This document shows positions 1 through 9,614 of a stretch of DNA of 47,975 bases, piece by piece. The notes under the pieces are model-generated. The model did no database searches. It saw nothing but the letters and a program-made list of their open reading frames with translations, and had not been told where the DNA came from. This DNA comes from a virus. Its lineage: Duplodnaviria > Caudoviricetes. Where the stretch lies: the IMG/VR virus record IMGVR_UViG_3300025276_000050, positions 1-47,975 of that record; one strand, 5' to 3'. The position numbers and the translations under genes are program-made. Position 1 is the first letter of the stretch. Each line of letters begins with the position of its first letter.

Positions 1-188
1 TTCTTTTAAGGTTTTTGAGCAACAGCAACATTGCTGCATCTAAAAGCGTGTTCATTAGCCAACTGAAACTTGAATTAGGCAGTGTAGCCACACCTTACCA
101 AGCTAGACCGATAGCTGAAGAATTAGCTCTTTGTCAGAGGTATTATGAAACTGGCAGAGCATTTTTGCGTTTGTATAGTGATTCAGGC
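1..188 (+). repeat. Terminal overlap copy 1 (circular-assembly redundancy); matches 47788-47975
   Basis: Direct comparison gives 184/188 identity. Mismatches are at 110 (g/a), 115 (c/g), 116 (t/c) and 125 (a/g). Confidence 0.95.
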
Positions 189-386
189 AGAAAATTAATT
201 AATGTTCCATACATAGTTACAAAACGATCAGTTCCAGCAGTCACAAGAGTAGACCTCGCCTACTCAAGCTCTGAGGCAGGTACAGTTATATCCACAGTTA
301 CTAATGTATCGGATTTTGTTCTGGAGAACGATACAGGCGCTACAGCAATAGGTGGATCATGGACAGCAGACGCAGAAATTTATTAA
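3..386 (+). CDS. C-terminal part of tail fibre / receptor-binding protein (gene starts at 47115 and crosses the window junction; 352 aa in total)
   Basis: Same frame as the open frame starting at ATG 47115. Contains QLKLELGSVATPYQARPIAEELALCQRYY and ends W-T-A-D-A-E-I, both typical of phage fibre C-terminal modules. Confidence 0.85.
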   Translation, partial: LLRFLSNSNIAASKSVFISQLKLELGSVATPYQARPIAEELALCQRYYETGRAFLRLYSDSGRKLINVPYIVTKRSVPAVTRVDLAYSSSEAGTVISTVTNVSDFVLENDTGATAIGGSWTADAEIY

Positions 387-399
387 TTAGGAGAACAAC

Positions 400-732
400 A
401 TGATTGAATATCAAGAAACAAAAGACGGTAGCTTAACAACTGACAATATGACCATACCGCCTACGCATGGCCTATACCGCATTGCTCAGGAAGAAGTAGC
501 GGCATACGAGGCAGTTATTATACCGTTTGACCATGTTGCAGCAGACGCAGCTAGTGCGATTTTAGAGGCTAGAGCATGGCGTGATGGTGAGTTAGCTAAA
601 GCTGATATAGAAATATACAAGCTAGAAGATGCAGGAATCGATACAGCTAGCTATAGAGCTTATCGTATTGCTTTACGTGATTGGCCTGCCTCTGAATCCT
701 TCCCTGACGCACCTAGCCAACCAACAATTTAG
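400..732 (+). CDS. Tail fibre assembly chaperone-like protein
   Basis: AGGAG RBS. Motif AWRDGEL...YRAYRIALRDWP...FP..P is typical of phage tail assembly chaperones. Lies directly after the fibre gene. Confidence 0.75.
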   Translation: MIEYQETKDGSLTTDNMTIPPTHGLYRIAQEEVAAYEAVIIPFDHVAADAASAILEARAWRDGELAKADIEIYKLEDAGIDTASYRAYRIALRDWPASESFPDAPSQPTI

Positions 733-740
733 GTGTAGCA

Positions 741-1184
741 ATGTTTAAAGACAGTATAAATAGGTGGGTAACAACTGGTTTATTTAAAGAAACAGCTGGC
801 CCTAATAAAGAGTTCATCTGCATGAGCCTTAAAGAAGCTAGAAAAGCTTTTATGGAGTGTGGTGATATACTTGGCGTAGACTTTGCTGACAAACATTTAG
901 GGGGCTTCCAACACTGGAAAGCGATAAACGCAAGCCCCGTATTACGCCCCATAATCACTGAGTGGGAAGAAGAACTAGAAGTTAGGATAAGATCTAAGCA
1001 GATTAAACGTATTGATACGTTAGCTGAAGAAGGTCAATTCCAAGCGGCTAAGTTCTTAGCTGACCGAGGTTGGGATAAGAGAGCCGCAGGTAAACCTTCT
1101 AAAGAAGAGGTTACCAGAGAGACTAAAGTACAAGCTAAGATCAAAGATAGCTTCAGTGCTGACATAGCGAGAATAAAGAGATAA
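741..1184 (+). CDS. Probable terminase small subunit
   Basis: 147 aa, immediately upstream of the large terminase, with a basic C-terminus (KFLADRGWDKRAAGKPSKEE). Call is mainly by synteny. Confidence 0.6.
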   Translation: MFKDSINRWVTTGLFKETAGPNKEFICMSLKEARKAFMECGDILGVDFADKHLGGFQHWKAINASPVLRPIITEWEEELEVRIRSKQIKRIDTLAEEGQFQAAKFLADRGWDKRAAGKPSKEEVTRETKVQAKIKDSFSADIARIKR

Positions 1185-1187
1185 GAT

Positions 1188-2789
1188 ATGGACTGGAGAC
1201 AAGCCGCACAGCGGAAGCTAGACAACCTACCTGAGGATGCTAAAGCTCTACGCGATGAGGCTATGTCTGATTTGTGGGTATATGCCCAACTGGTTAACCC
1301 ACGTTACATGTACGGAGACTGTCACAAGGATATATTCCGATGGATGCAAGAGTACAACTTATTTGGTATGGGAGGTGATCTATCTGCGAACAAACTCATC
1401 ATGTTGCCACGAGCGCATCTGAAGAGTCACATGGTAGCTACTTGGTGCTCTTGGATGGTTGTACGTCATCCTGAAATAACCATACTGTACCTGTCAGCTA
1501 CATCAGAACTAGCGGAAACGCAGCTCTATGCGATTAAAAACATCATGGAGTCTAAAACTTTTCAAAAGTATTTTCCAGAGTATATCCACCCCCAAGACGG
1601 GAAGAGAGAGATGTGGAATAACAGGAAAATCGCCATCGACCACGTTAAGAGAAGCGAGGAAGGTGTACGAGATGCCACTATTGCGACAGCAGGATTGACC
1701 ACGAATACAACAGGCTGGCACGCAGACGTTATCGTACCCGATGATATAGTAGTACCTGAGAATGCGTATACAGAAGAAGGGCGCTCTAATGTAGCCAAGA
1801 AATCTTCTCAATTTACGTCTATCAGGAATGCTGGTGGCTTTACACTAGCTTGTGGTACTAGATACCACCCCTCAGATATATACGACACTTGGAAGACACA
1901 AGAGTTTGAAACTTTTGATGTTGCAGGTGATCTTATTGGTCGTAATCCTGTCTGGGAGATTAAAGAAGCAAAAGTTGAAGAAGAAGGGGTATTCTTTTGG
2001 GCTAGAGGCACAAGAGCAGACGGTAAGAGCTTTGGTTTTGATCAGAACATATTAGCCCGTATTAAAGCGGAGTATGAAGATCAAGTGCAGTTCTACGCTC
2101 AGTATTATAATGATCCCAATGATCCTGGAAGTAACAGGATTAATAAGAGTAAGTTTCAATACATTGACCCAAAAGTTATTAGGTATTCAAACGGCAATTG
2201 GCATGTACGTGATAAACGTGTTAATGTCTACGCTGCTATGGACTTTGCATACACAATGGGTAAGCGTTCAGATTTCACAGCTATAGTTGTTATAGGGATT
2301 GATTCGGACGGTTACATATACGTACTAGACCTAGACCGCTTTAAGACGGACAAGGTTTTAACTATGTATGAGCACATACGTGATTTGCACGAAGAGTGGG
2401 GCTTTAGGAAACTAAGAGCTGAAGTTACAGCTGCTCAGAGTATGATTGTGGAAGACCTTAAAGACTTTATACGGAAAGACGGTAGATCTTTAAGCGTTGA
2501 TGAGAACAGACCTTCTAGGCATCAAGGGAGTAAAGAGGAGCGTATAGCTTCTATCCTAGAGCCTAGATACGATAATTTAACTATGTATCACACCAAGGGA
2601 GGGCTAACACCTGCTCTTGAAGAGGAGTTGATACTGACAAGACCTAAGCATGATGATTTAAAAGATACGCTAGCTAGTGTAGTCCAGATCGCAGTTAAGC
2701 CTGGGAGAGATAGATTACGTCAAAAAGACTCAAATGTTGTATACAATAAACGGTTTGGTGGTATGGCATTTAACGGAAGGTATAACTAA
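1188..2789 (+). CDS. terL: Terminase large subunit
   Basis: Walker A-like MLPRAHLKS, Walker B-like VIVPDD, GTRYH coupling motif, and RNase H-like nuclease motifs AAMDFA, DFTAIVV, HDDLKD. Confidence 0.92.
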   Translation: MDWRQAAQRKLDNLPEDAKALRDEAMSDLWVYAQLVNPRYMYGDCHKDIFRWMQEYNLFGMGGDLSANKLIMLPRAHLKSHMVATWCSWMVVRHPEITILYLSATSELAETQLYAIKNIMESKTFQKYFPEYIHPQDGKREMWNNRKIAIDHVKRSEEGVRDATIATAGLTTNTTGWHADVIVPDDIVVPENAYTEEGRSNVAKKSSQFTSIRNAGGFTLACGTRYHPSDIYDTWKTQEFETFDVAGDLIGRNPVWEIKEAKVEEEGVFFWARGTRADGKSFGFDQNILARIKAEYEDQVQFYAQYYNDPNDPGSNRINKSKFQYIDPKVIRYSNGNWHVRDKRVNVYAAMDFAYTMGKRSDFTAIVVIGIDSDGYIYVLDLDRFKTDKVLTMYEHIRDLHEEWGFRKLRAEVTAAQSMIVEDLKDFIRKDGRSLSVDENRPSRHQGSKEERIASILEPRYDNLTMYHTKGGLTPALEEELILTRPKHDDLKDTLASVVQIAVKPGRDRLRQKDSNVVYNKRFGGMAFNGRYN

Positions 2790-4525
2790 TGGTCGGAACA
2801 GTAAGCGAGTTAAAAGTTAAAGTAGATGAGCTGTCTGACAGTGGGGCTACCAGTATAGCTGCCATGTGGGATAGGTTGTCTACTGCTCGACAAGGTAAAG
2901 TAGAAGAATGGAAAGAGCTTAGAAATTATATCTTTGCTACAGATACAACCACTACCACTAACGCAGGGCAGTGGAAAAACTCCACTACAATGCCTAAGCT
3001 TTGTCAGATACGTGACAATTTACATAGTAACTACTTGAGCAGTATATTCCCTAATGACAATTGGATTAGATGGGAAGCCTACGACAGACAGGCTGCTAAC
3101 ATTGATACTAAAGACGCTATAACTCATTACATGAGCACCAAGCTTAAGCAATACGACTTCCGTGACTATATCAGTAATTTGATATATGACTATATTGACT
3201 ACGGTAATTGCTTTGCTGAGTCCATATGGGAAGATGGTAGCGTCTTCCAGTCTGCTGACGGGGTTATGAGTAAGCGTTACACAGGGCCAGGGGTTCAAAG
3301 GATAAGTCCTTTAGACATCGTATTTGACCCTACAGCACCTACGTTTGATAAAGCTCCTAAGGTTATACGCTATATTAAGACTATAGGTGAGATTAAGAAG
3401 CTAGCTGAGACAGATGAAGATTGGGACAAAGCTCTATGCAGTTGCATGAACTTCCGATCAGGTGCTGGTATGTACAGCGTAGATGACTACCACAAAGCTG
3501 TAGGCTTTCAGGTAGACGGCTTCAGCAGCATGAGTGAGTACTTTGGTAGTAAGTATGTAGAAGTGTTACGCTTCTTAGGTGATTACTACGATGAAGAAAC
3601 AGATACAGTACAGACAGAGCGTGAAATCATTGTTGTAGATCGTATGATCACTGTAAAGAACAACAGTATTGAGAACACGTTAGGCCAAGGTAATGTGGTA
3701 ATGGCAGGGTGGCGTAAGCGTCCAGATAACCTATATGCTATGGGGCCACTAGATAACTTGGTTGGTATGCAGTACCGTATAGACCACTTACAAAACTTGA
3801 AGGCAGATGCTACAGACTTATGTGTACATCCACCTCTAGTGCTACAAGGTGATGTAGAACACTTCGACTGGGAGCCAGAGGCTCAGATCCAGATAGTAGG
3901 AGAGGGTTCTATAACCGAGTTAGGTAAGAATATGTCAGGCGTTATGGCTGCTCAGAATGAGATAGCCGAGCTTGAAGCAAGGATGGAAGAATACGCTGGT
4001 GCTCCTAAATCAGCGATGGGTATACGTACTCCTGGGGAGAAGACCATGTATGAGGTTCAACAACTTCAGAATGCAGCAGGTCGTATCTTCCAAGAGAAAA
4101 CGGTTACCTTTGAAATTATGCTTGAGAAGTTGCTGAACGGTATGCTATCAGAAGCTCAGGACAACATGGGAAGAGAAGAAATCCCAGTGTTAGACCCAGA
4201 GTTTGGTGGTACAAAGTTTGTTGACATCACAGGTAAGGACATCATAGCAAACGGTTTAATTAGACCTGTAGGCGCTAGACACTTCGGACAACAAGCGATT
4301 CTTATGCAGAATCTCACCCAGACATTAAATGGGCCTGTTGGACAAATGATCATGCCGCATATAAGCTCTAAGAACTTAGCTGTGTTGGTAGAAGACTTGT
4401 TTGAACTTCGTAGATTTGACTTGGTACGTAGTAACGTAGCAGTGGAAGAAGGTATGGAGAGAGAGCAGTTAGCTTCAGCAGGAGCTGAGAATCAAATGGT
4501 AGAGAACCAAATTCCAGGGGCATAA
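2789..4525 (+). CDS. Portal (head-tail connector) protein
   Basis: 578 aa, follows terL. Segments RISPLDIVFDP and YAMGPLDNLVGMQYRIDHLQN resemble podovirus portals. Confidence 0.88.
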   Translation: MVGTVSELKVKVDELSDSGATSIAAMWDRLSTARQGKVEEWKELRNYIFATDTTTTTNAGQWKNSTTMPKLCQIRDNLHSNYLSSIFPNDNWIRWEAYDRQAANIDTKDAITHYMSTKLKQYDFRDYISNLIYDYIDYGNCFAESIWEDGSVFQSADGVMSKRYTGPGVQRISPLDIVFDPTAPTFDKAPKVIRYIKTIGEIKKLAETDEDWDKALCSCMNFRSGAGMYSVDDYHKAVGFQVDGFSSMSEYFGSKYVEVLRFLGDYYDEETDTVQTEREIIVVDRMITVKNNSIENTLGQGNVVMAGWRKRPDNLYAMGPLDNLVGMQYRIDHLQNLKADATDLCVHPPLVLQGDVEHFDWEPEAQIQIVGEGSITELGKNMSGVMAAQNEIAELEARMEEYAGAPKSAMGIRTPGEKTMYEVQQLQNAAGRIFQEKTVTFEIMLEKLLNGMLSEAQDNMGREEIPVLDPEFGGTKFVDITGKDIIANGLIRPVGARHFGQQAILMQNLTQTLNGPVGQMIMPHISSKNLAVLVEDLFELRRFDLVRSNVAVEEGMEREQLASAGAENQMVENQIPGA

Positions 4526-4786
4526 ATGATAAAGCTATCCTCTACGGTAACCAACTCTCTACCTAAAGATAAACGAGAAGAGTTTACTAAACGATGTGCC
4601 GCAGCAGAGGATTTGTTTAAACACTTTTCCTCTATCTGTGAGCGTAAACAAACAGAATCATACAGCAATGGCCTCAAAGTTGATAAATTTAAAGACCCTA
4701 ATTGGGCTTTATACCAAGCTGACCAGCAAGGTTATCAACGAGCGATGCTTGAAATTGCTTCAATTTTAAATTTTAATAAGGAATAA
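4526..4786 (+). CDS. Hypothetical protein between portal and scaffold
   Basis: 86-aa ORF abutting the portal stop and filling the operon without a gap. Confidence 0.7.
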   Translation: MIKLSSTVTNSLPKDKREEFTKRCAAAEDLFKHFSSICERKQTESYSNGLKVDKFKDPNWALYQADQQGYQRAMLEIASILNFNKE

Positions 4787-4789
4787 ATA

Positions 4790-5515
4790 ATGTCGTCTGA
4801 CCAAGACAATAGTATTTTTAACACAAATCCAGAGGGTGTACCACCAGTACAAACTCCAGTAGCTCAACCAAATACCTCAGACACGCTAGACCAGCTGTTG
4901 GCAGGGATTCAGAACGAGCAAGGCGTACCTAAGTACAAGACAGCAGAAGACGCTATTAAGGCGTTAGGAGCTTCTCAGGATCATATACGTAACTTAGAAG
5001 CAGAGAACACTGCCTTTAAGAACAATGCGACTGAACAAGCTACATTGCAATCTGTACTAGACGCTGTTAAACCTCAGAGCGGTGGTGAGCAAGTTGCTCC
5101 AGCTGCACTAGATGAGGCTTCAGTTGCTTCCCTTGTGGAATCAATTGTAACTAAAAGAGATGTGAAATCTACACAGACAACTAACGTAAAATCTGTTGCC
5201 GATAAGTTTAATAACTTGTTTGGTGAGAAAGGTGAAAGTGAGTTGTACGGTAGAGCAGCAGCTAAAGGATTGTCTAAGGAGTGGGTTAATCAACTTGCTG
5301 CTGAGAACCCTGAAGCAGTCTTTAATATCTTGGACGTGAAAGGGACTGTTAGTACACCTAACTTAACTCCTTCACATAACAACGGTTTCCAAGAACCAGC
5401 TAAAACACAACCTAATAAGTTCGACCCGTTTTCTCCTGGAGAGAACTCGGATTTGTCTAGCTGGCGTAAGTCAGCAAAGGCTACTAACGAGCGCCTAGGT
5501 TATTCTGAATCTTAA
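4790..5515 (+). CDS. Capsid scaffolding protein
   Basis: AAGGA RBS. Pro/Gln-rich N-terminus and coiled coil (QDHIRNLEAEN), located directly before the capsid gene. Confidence 0.75.
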   Translation: MSSDQDNSIFNTNPEGVPPVQTPVAQPNTSDTLDQLLAGIQNEQGVPKYKTAEDAIKALGASQDHIRNLEAENTAFKNNATEQATLQSVLDAVKPQSGGEQVAPAALDEASVASLVESIVTKRDVKSTQTTNVKSVADKFNNLFGEKGESELYGRAAAKGLSKEWVNQLAAENPEAVFNILDVKGTVSTPNLTPSHNNGFQEPAKTQPNKFDPFSPGENSDLSSWRKSAKATNERLGYSES

Positions 5516-5530
5516 TTTAAGGAATTAAAA

Positions 5531-6505
5531 ATGTCAATTACTACAGCAAGTAATCGCACGTTCATTGAAGCTGAACAGTATAGCGATTTTATCTTAACTA
5601 ACCTACACGATGGTTTGTTACCACCTAACTTCTACCGCAATGTCTCTGACTTTGGTTCTGGTGAAGTATTACACATTAAAACTATGGGTGATGCCCAAAT
5701 CCAGGAAGTGGCGGAAGATGCTCCTATCACGTATTCTCCTATTGAGACTGGTGAAGTAGAACTACGAATCACTGAGTACATCGGTGACGGTTGGTACATC
5801 ACTGACAAAATGCGTCAAGATGGTGCACAGATCGAAGGTCTGTTAGCACAACGTGGTAAAGAAGCCACCCGTGCAATTCAAGAGCGTTATGAGACGCAAG
5901 CTTTGGCTACATTGAATGCGGGACAAACTGATGGGGATGGAAATGCTGTAAACGGCTTTGCTCATCGTACTGTGGGTTCAGGTGCAAGTAATGTTATGCA
6001 ACTAACTGACTTGATTGCAATGCGTCTCGCATTCAACAAAGCTCAAGTCCCTTACGGCGGTCGTATCGGTATTGTAGATCCAGTGGTAGAAGCAACTCTT
6101 AACACTGCTTTCAACATTGTATCACATGCAGGTGGCATAGCTAACAGTGGTAACTTAGGTGCATCAAGTGCTACCCAAGGTATCTTTGAAAACGGTTTTG
6201 ATCGTGATCATACTTTCGTAACCAGCTTGTATGGTTTTGATATTATGACTTCTAACCGTTTGCCTACAGGTGAGTTCAGTGACGGTACAACTTCTGTTCC
6301 TGGTGCTGTTGCAAACATCTTTATGTGTATTGCAGACGATAACTGTAAGCCCCTAATGACTGCATGGAGACAACCTCCACGCGTAGAAGGCGAGCGAAAC
6401 AAAGATCTACAACGCGATGAGTATGTCCAAACCGCTCGATTTGGTTTCGGTATTCAGCGTAAAGACACTCTAGCTGTCTTAATAACTTCAGCAACTTCTG
6501 TATAA
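5531..6505 (+). CDS. Major capsid protein
   Basis: 324 aa with a strong RBS, located after the scaffold. Features FIEAEQYS, LYGFDIMTSNRL and ARFGFG are typical of podovirus HK97-fold capsids. Confidence 0.88.
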   Translation: MSITTASNRTFIEAEQYSDFILTNLHDGLLPPNFYRNVSDFGSGEVLHIKTMGDAQIQEVAEDAPITYSPIETGEVELRITEYIGDGWYITDKMRQDGAQIEGLLAQRGKEATRAIQERYETQALATLNAGQTDGDGNAVNGFAHRTVGSGASNVMQLTDLIAMRLAFNKAQVPYGGRIGIVDPVVEATLNTAFNIVSHAGGIANSGNLGASSATQGIFENGFDRDHTFVTSLYGFDIMTSNRLPTGEFSDGTTSVPGAVANIFMCIADDNCKPLMTAWRQPPRVEGERNKDLQRDEYVQTARFGFGIQRKDTLAVLITSATSV

Positions 6506-6516
6506 GGGGATAATAT

Positions 6517-6942
6517 ATGAGCTATGAAACAGGTACTAGCGGTTTAGGTGTAGGTAAATACTACGGTGAACGTGCAGTGGGTAATGTTGCAGGTGTTACT
6601 ATTGCAACTTCAGGTGAAGGCCGAATGGTTTGGGAATTTGATGGTAAGGAATTTGCGCAAGCAGAAGCTAAAACCCTCACTATCCCAGCTGACTATGGTT
6701 TGATCACAGCAGTGTACGGAGAAGTTAAAGAAGCTTTTGACGGCTCTGCTTCTGTAGAGATCGAATATGACGGCTCTGCTATCCTACCAGCAAAGATTGA
6801 TGTTACATCAGTCGGTATGTCAGATGGTGCTCTAGCAGCCCCTGTCTCCATTGAAGCAGGTAAGGAAGTGAGTATGATTGTGGTTGCAGGTTCAACCTCA
6901 GTTGGTAAAGGTAAAGTAATCGTTGAGTTTACTCGCGTTTAA
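6517..6942 (+). CDS. Probable capsid decoration / minor virion protein
   Basis: 141-aa beta-rich ORF between the capsid gene and a strong terminator, so probably highly expressed with the capsid. Confidence 0.6.
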   Translation: MSYETGTSGLGVGKYYGERAVGNVAGVTIATSGEGRMVWEFDGKEFAQAEAKTLTIPADYGLITAVYGEVKEAFDGSASVEIEYDGSAILPAKIDVTSVGMSDGALAAPVSIEAGKEVSMIVVAGSTSVGKGKVIVEFTRV

Positions 6943-6949
6943 GACTGTG

Positions 6950-6975
6950 GGGAGGGCTTCGGCTCTCCCTTTTTT
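6950..6975 (+). terminator. Rho-independent terminator after the capsid genes
   Basis: Stem GGGAGGGC / GCTCTCCC with a C-TTCG-G loop, followed by TTTTTT. Confidence 0.9.
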
Positions 6976-6993
6976 ATTTAAGGAGTACGTAAA

Positions 6994-8286
6994 ATGGTAG
7001 AACATGTTTCCATCCCTGATGGTGAGATACACGAACCTAAAGGTATTACATCAGCTTTTGAAGGACAAGCGTACATAGCAGATGGTCAAAATTCAGGGTC
7101 ATGGCAAAATATAGTGCCCTCCCTAGGTGGTGCAGTGTTTATAGCATCAGCTAATGATTTCCCTACGCCAGTTGGAGGTGTGAGCACTTTGCTCCCTCAA
7201 GCGTATGTGATTTCCTCAGGTCTAGTAATAGATTTAGATTTTTCTTTAAAGTTTGTAGATAGCCGTACTGCCTTAATAGGTATGGACAAGTCTACAGCCT
7301 TTATAAATTTTACAAGCAATGTCCCAGTGGCGGGTATAATTAATGATACAGGGGTTAATGTTACATTACTTAACCTAACTCTTGCAAGTAATTCAGTGCC
7401 TCTGTTTGCTTGTTCAGGTAATGGTATAGCTACCTTTAGTTTGAATAACAGTCTTGTGTCGAATAACACAGGGCAATCTATAGGTGAATTAACGGAGTTT
7501 ATTGCCGTTAACTTTGAGGAAGTAGAGAATTCCCCGCTTTCAACAGGTTCTATATTGTTTAAAGGGGTGAATGGCTCCATCAATATTGAAGAAAGCATTT
7601 CTTTTAGCCCTGGAGCAGTTTGGTTAGACTTCACTGATGCCACTTTCAGTGCGTCTACAGTGAGCTTAGAGGGCTGTTCTCACTCCTTGTTGACAGGAGT
7701 AAGCAAGTTTGCTGACATAGATCCAACTAAGGTCTTTGGAGGAGCAGTGGATAAATGCTTCTTTGTAGGTTCAACAGCTCCCCTAGGGGCCATAGGAGCC
7801 GATACAGCGAACTTTATTATAACTGATACCCTAGGTGTCTCAGACACTAAAAAGGCCGCTATAAGCAACCTAGTGCCTCCTGAGACGGTCTCCATAGCTG
7901 CGGTAGGGAATCCAGTCCCTATTGAGGGTACTTGGTCACTAACATCAGGGAGTCAGTTCTCCCAAGGGGTGGGTTCAAATAGTCTTATCTTTGATGGTAT
8001 TAACTTTAACGATGACGAGACTTTCCTAATCTCTACACACCTTTCTTGTACCAAGAGTGGAGGGGGAGGAGCTAAGCTCTATACGTTCCGTATACTAAAG
8101 AATGGATCTCCGATAGCAGGTGGGGAAGGTACTGTAGATGTCAGTGACAGAGGTGGTTCAATCTTCTTACGTGCTTTTGATAACTGTCAAACAGGTGACG
8201 AATATTCCATTGACGTACAGAACACTGAGAACTCAGACGATTTTACAGTAAACACGGCAGACATGACTATTTTAAGGACTAACTAA
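6994..8286 (+). CDS. Virion fibre/spike-like protein
   Basis: AAGGAG RBS. N-terminal EIHEPKG...AYIADG..SGSW anchor-like segment, then a Ser/Gly/Asn/Thr-rich beta-type body. Confidence 0.6.
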   Translation: MVEHVSIPDGEIHEPKGITSAFEGQAYIADGQNSGSWQNIVPSLGGAVFIASANDFPTPVGGVSTLLPQAYVISSGLVIDLDFSLKFVDSRTALIGMDKSTAFINFTSNVPVAGIINDTGVNVTLLNLTLASNSVPLFACSGNGIATFSLNNSLVSNNTGQSIGELTEFIAVNFEEVENSPLSTGSILFKGVNGSINIEESISFSPGAVWLDFTDATFSASTVSLEGCSHSLLTGVSKFADIDPTKVFGGAVDKCFFVGSTAPLGAIGADTANFIITDTLGVSDTKKAAISNLVPPETVSIAAVGNPVPIEGTWSLTSGSQFSQGVGSNSLIFDGINFNDDETFLISTHLSCTKSGGGGAKLYTFRILKNGSPIAGGEGTVDVSDRGGSIFLRAFDNCQTGDEYSIDVQNTENSDDFTVNTADMTILRTN

Positions 8287-8597
8287 TGGCTAAGAAAGGT
8301 GAGACTAAGGCTAGCGCAACTAAGCGGTCTAAACAACAAAGAGCTTATAACGCTAAACCAGAACAGAAAAAGAACAGAGCTGCTCGTAACAAAGCTCGCC
8401 GTGACGCTGAAAGTAAAGGTAAAGTGTCTAAAGGTGATGGTAAAGATGTAGGTCATAAGACAGCTTTAAAGAATGGGGGTAGTAAGTCTACCTCTAACAC
8501 TAAAGTACAGAGCCGAAAGTCTAACCGTTCTCACGGAGGTAAGATAGGAAGCAAAGCAGGTAAAGCTGCGGGTGGTCGTAAAGGAGGTCGTAGATGA
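8286..8597 (+). CDS. Small, very basic protein with degenerate HNH-like motif
   Basis: KGDGKDVGHK...NGG....SN.KVQSRKSNRS resembles the small phage HNH proteins (DVDH...N...NR). Strongly Lys/Arg/Gly rich. Confidence 0.6.
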   Translation: MAKKGETKASATKRSKQQRAYNAKPEQKKNRAARNKARRDAESKGKVSKGDGKDVGHKTALKNGGSKSTSNTKVQSRKSNRSHGGKIGSKAGKAAGGRKGGRR

Positions 8598-9382
8598 AAC
8601 AAACCCTTTTAGGTCTTGTACAAGACATCTTATCAGATATGGGCAGTGACAAAGTTAACTCTATAGGTGAGACTGAAGAGAGTAATCAGGTTGCTGTAAT
8701 TGTTAAACACACTTACTTTGAACTTATGTCTCGTAAAGATTGGCCTCATCTGCGTAAGACAGGACAGTTGATTAACTCTAATCAGTCCAGTAAGCCAACT
8801 GTTATGGGTATCCCAACTAACTCTTCACGTATTGACTATGTAGGCTACAGCGAGCAGAGAGACGTGTTAGACACGGTTAGCTATAGACGTACCCCTTACA
8901 TGTACCCTGATGAGTTTATTGCTTACACAAACAGCAGGAACCCTAACAACGATAATGTAACTGTGGTTAACGATGGTAGTGTATATTACATATATAATGA
9001 TCAGCCGCCTAGTTACTATACATCGTTTGATGATAAGAATTTAGTTTTTGATAGCTATTGTTCTGAATTAAACACTACACTAACCAGTATTAACTCTCAA
9101 ATTATTTACTATAAAGAACCTTTGTGGGAGATTTCAGATTCTTTTGTACCTGACCTCCCCTCAGAAGCTTTCCCTTTGCTTTACGCAGAAGCTAAGAGCG
9201 CATGTTTTGTAGAACTTAAGCAGATGGTTAATTCAAAAGCAGAACAGCAAGCAGTTCGTCAGAACTACGTGATGGGACAGCGTAACTGGGCAGTAAAAGG
9301 TGGAGTAAGGTATCCTAACTATGGAAGACAAAGCAGGAAATTTAGTGGGGGAAGAAACTTCAACCCTAACCAACACACATGA
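8594..9382 (+). CDS. Tail tubular protein A / adaptor (T7 gp11-like)
   Basis: GGAGG RBS. N-terminal TLLGLVQDILSDM..D.VNSI.ET.E is typical of gp11-like adaptors, and position fits. Confidence 0.78.
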   Translation: MKQTLLGLVQDILSDMGSDKVNSIGETEESNQVAVIVKHTYFELMSRKDWPHLRKTGQLINSNQSSKPTVMGIPTNSSRIDYVGYSEQRDVLDTVSYRRTPYMYPDEFIAYTNSRNPNNDNVTVVNDGSVYYIYNDQPPSYYTSFDDKNLVFDSYCSELNTTLTSINSQIIYYKEPLWEISDSFVPDLPSEAFPLLYAEAKSACFVELKQMVNSKAEQQAVRQNYVMGQRNWAVKGGVRYPNYGRQSRKFSGGRNFNPNQHT

Positions 9383-9614
9383 ACACACTCTTAAATTTGT
9401 AGCTATAATAAAGACAGCTAGAGAGTATGTAATACAAGGGGCCAGAGGGGGTGTAGTACCTAAAGAACTGTTAGGTACATACTCTAACCTAGGTTTTGCT
9501 AATAAAGCTATAGAGAGCTATTACAGAGCTAAGAACACCCCTAAGCGTGTACAACGTAGAAGTAGACAAACTAAAAGAGGAGTCTCCAGTGGCAGGTCAA
9601 AGAACAAGTCTTGA
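9321..9614 (+). CDS. Small hypothetical protein between tail genes (start uncertain)
   Basis: The only long ORF covering 9383-9588. Contains GGVVPKELLGTY and overlaps both neighbours. Confidence 0.55.
   Translation: MEDKAGNLVGEETSTLTNTHEHTLKFVAIIKTAREYVIQGARGGVVPKELLGTYSNLGFANKAIESYYRAKNTPKRVQRRSRQTKRGVSSGRSKNKS

Noticed and set aside
15-386. ORF-track 123-aa protein as a stand-alone gene
   Set aside because: It is the in-frame 3' end of the gene starting at 47115.
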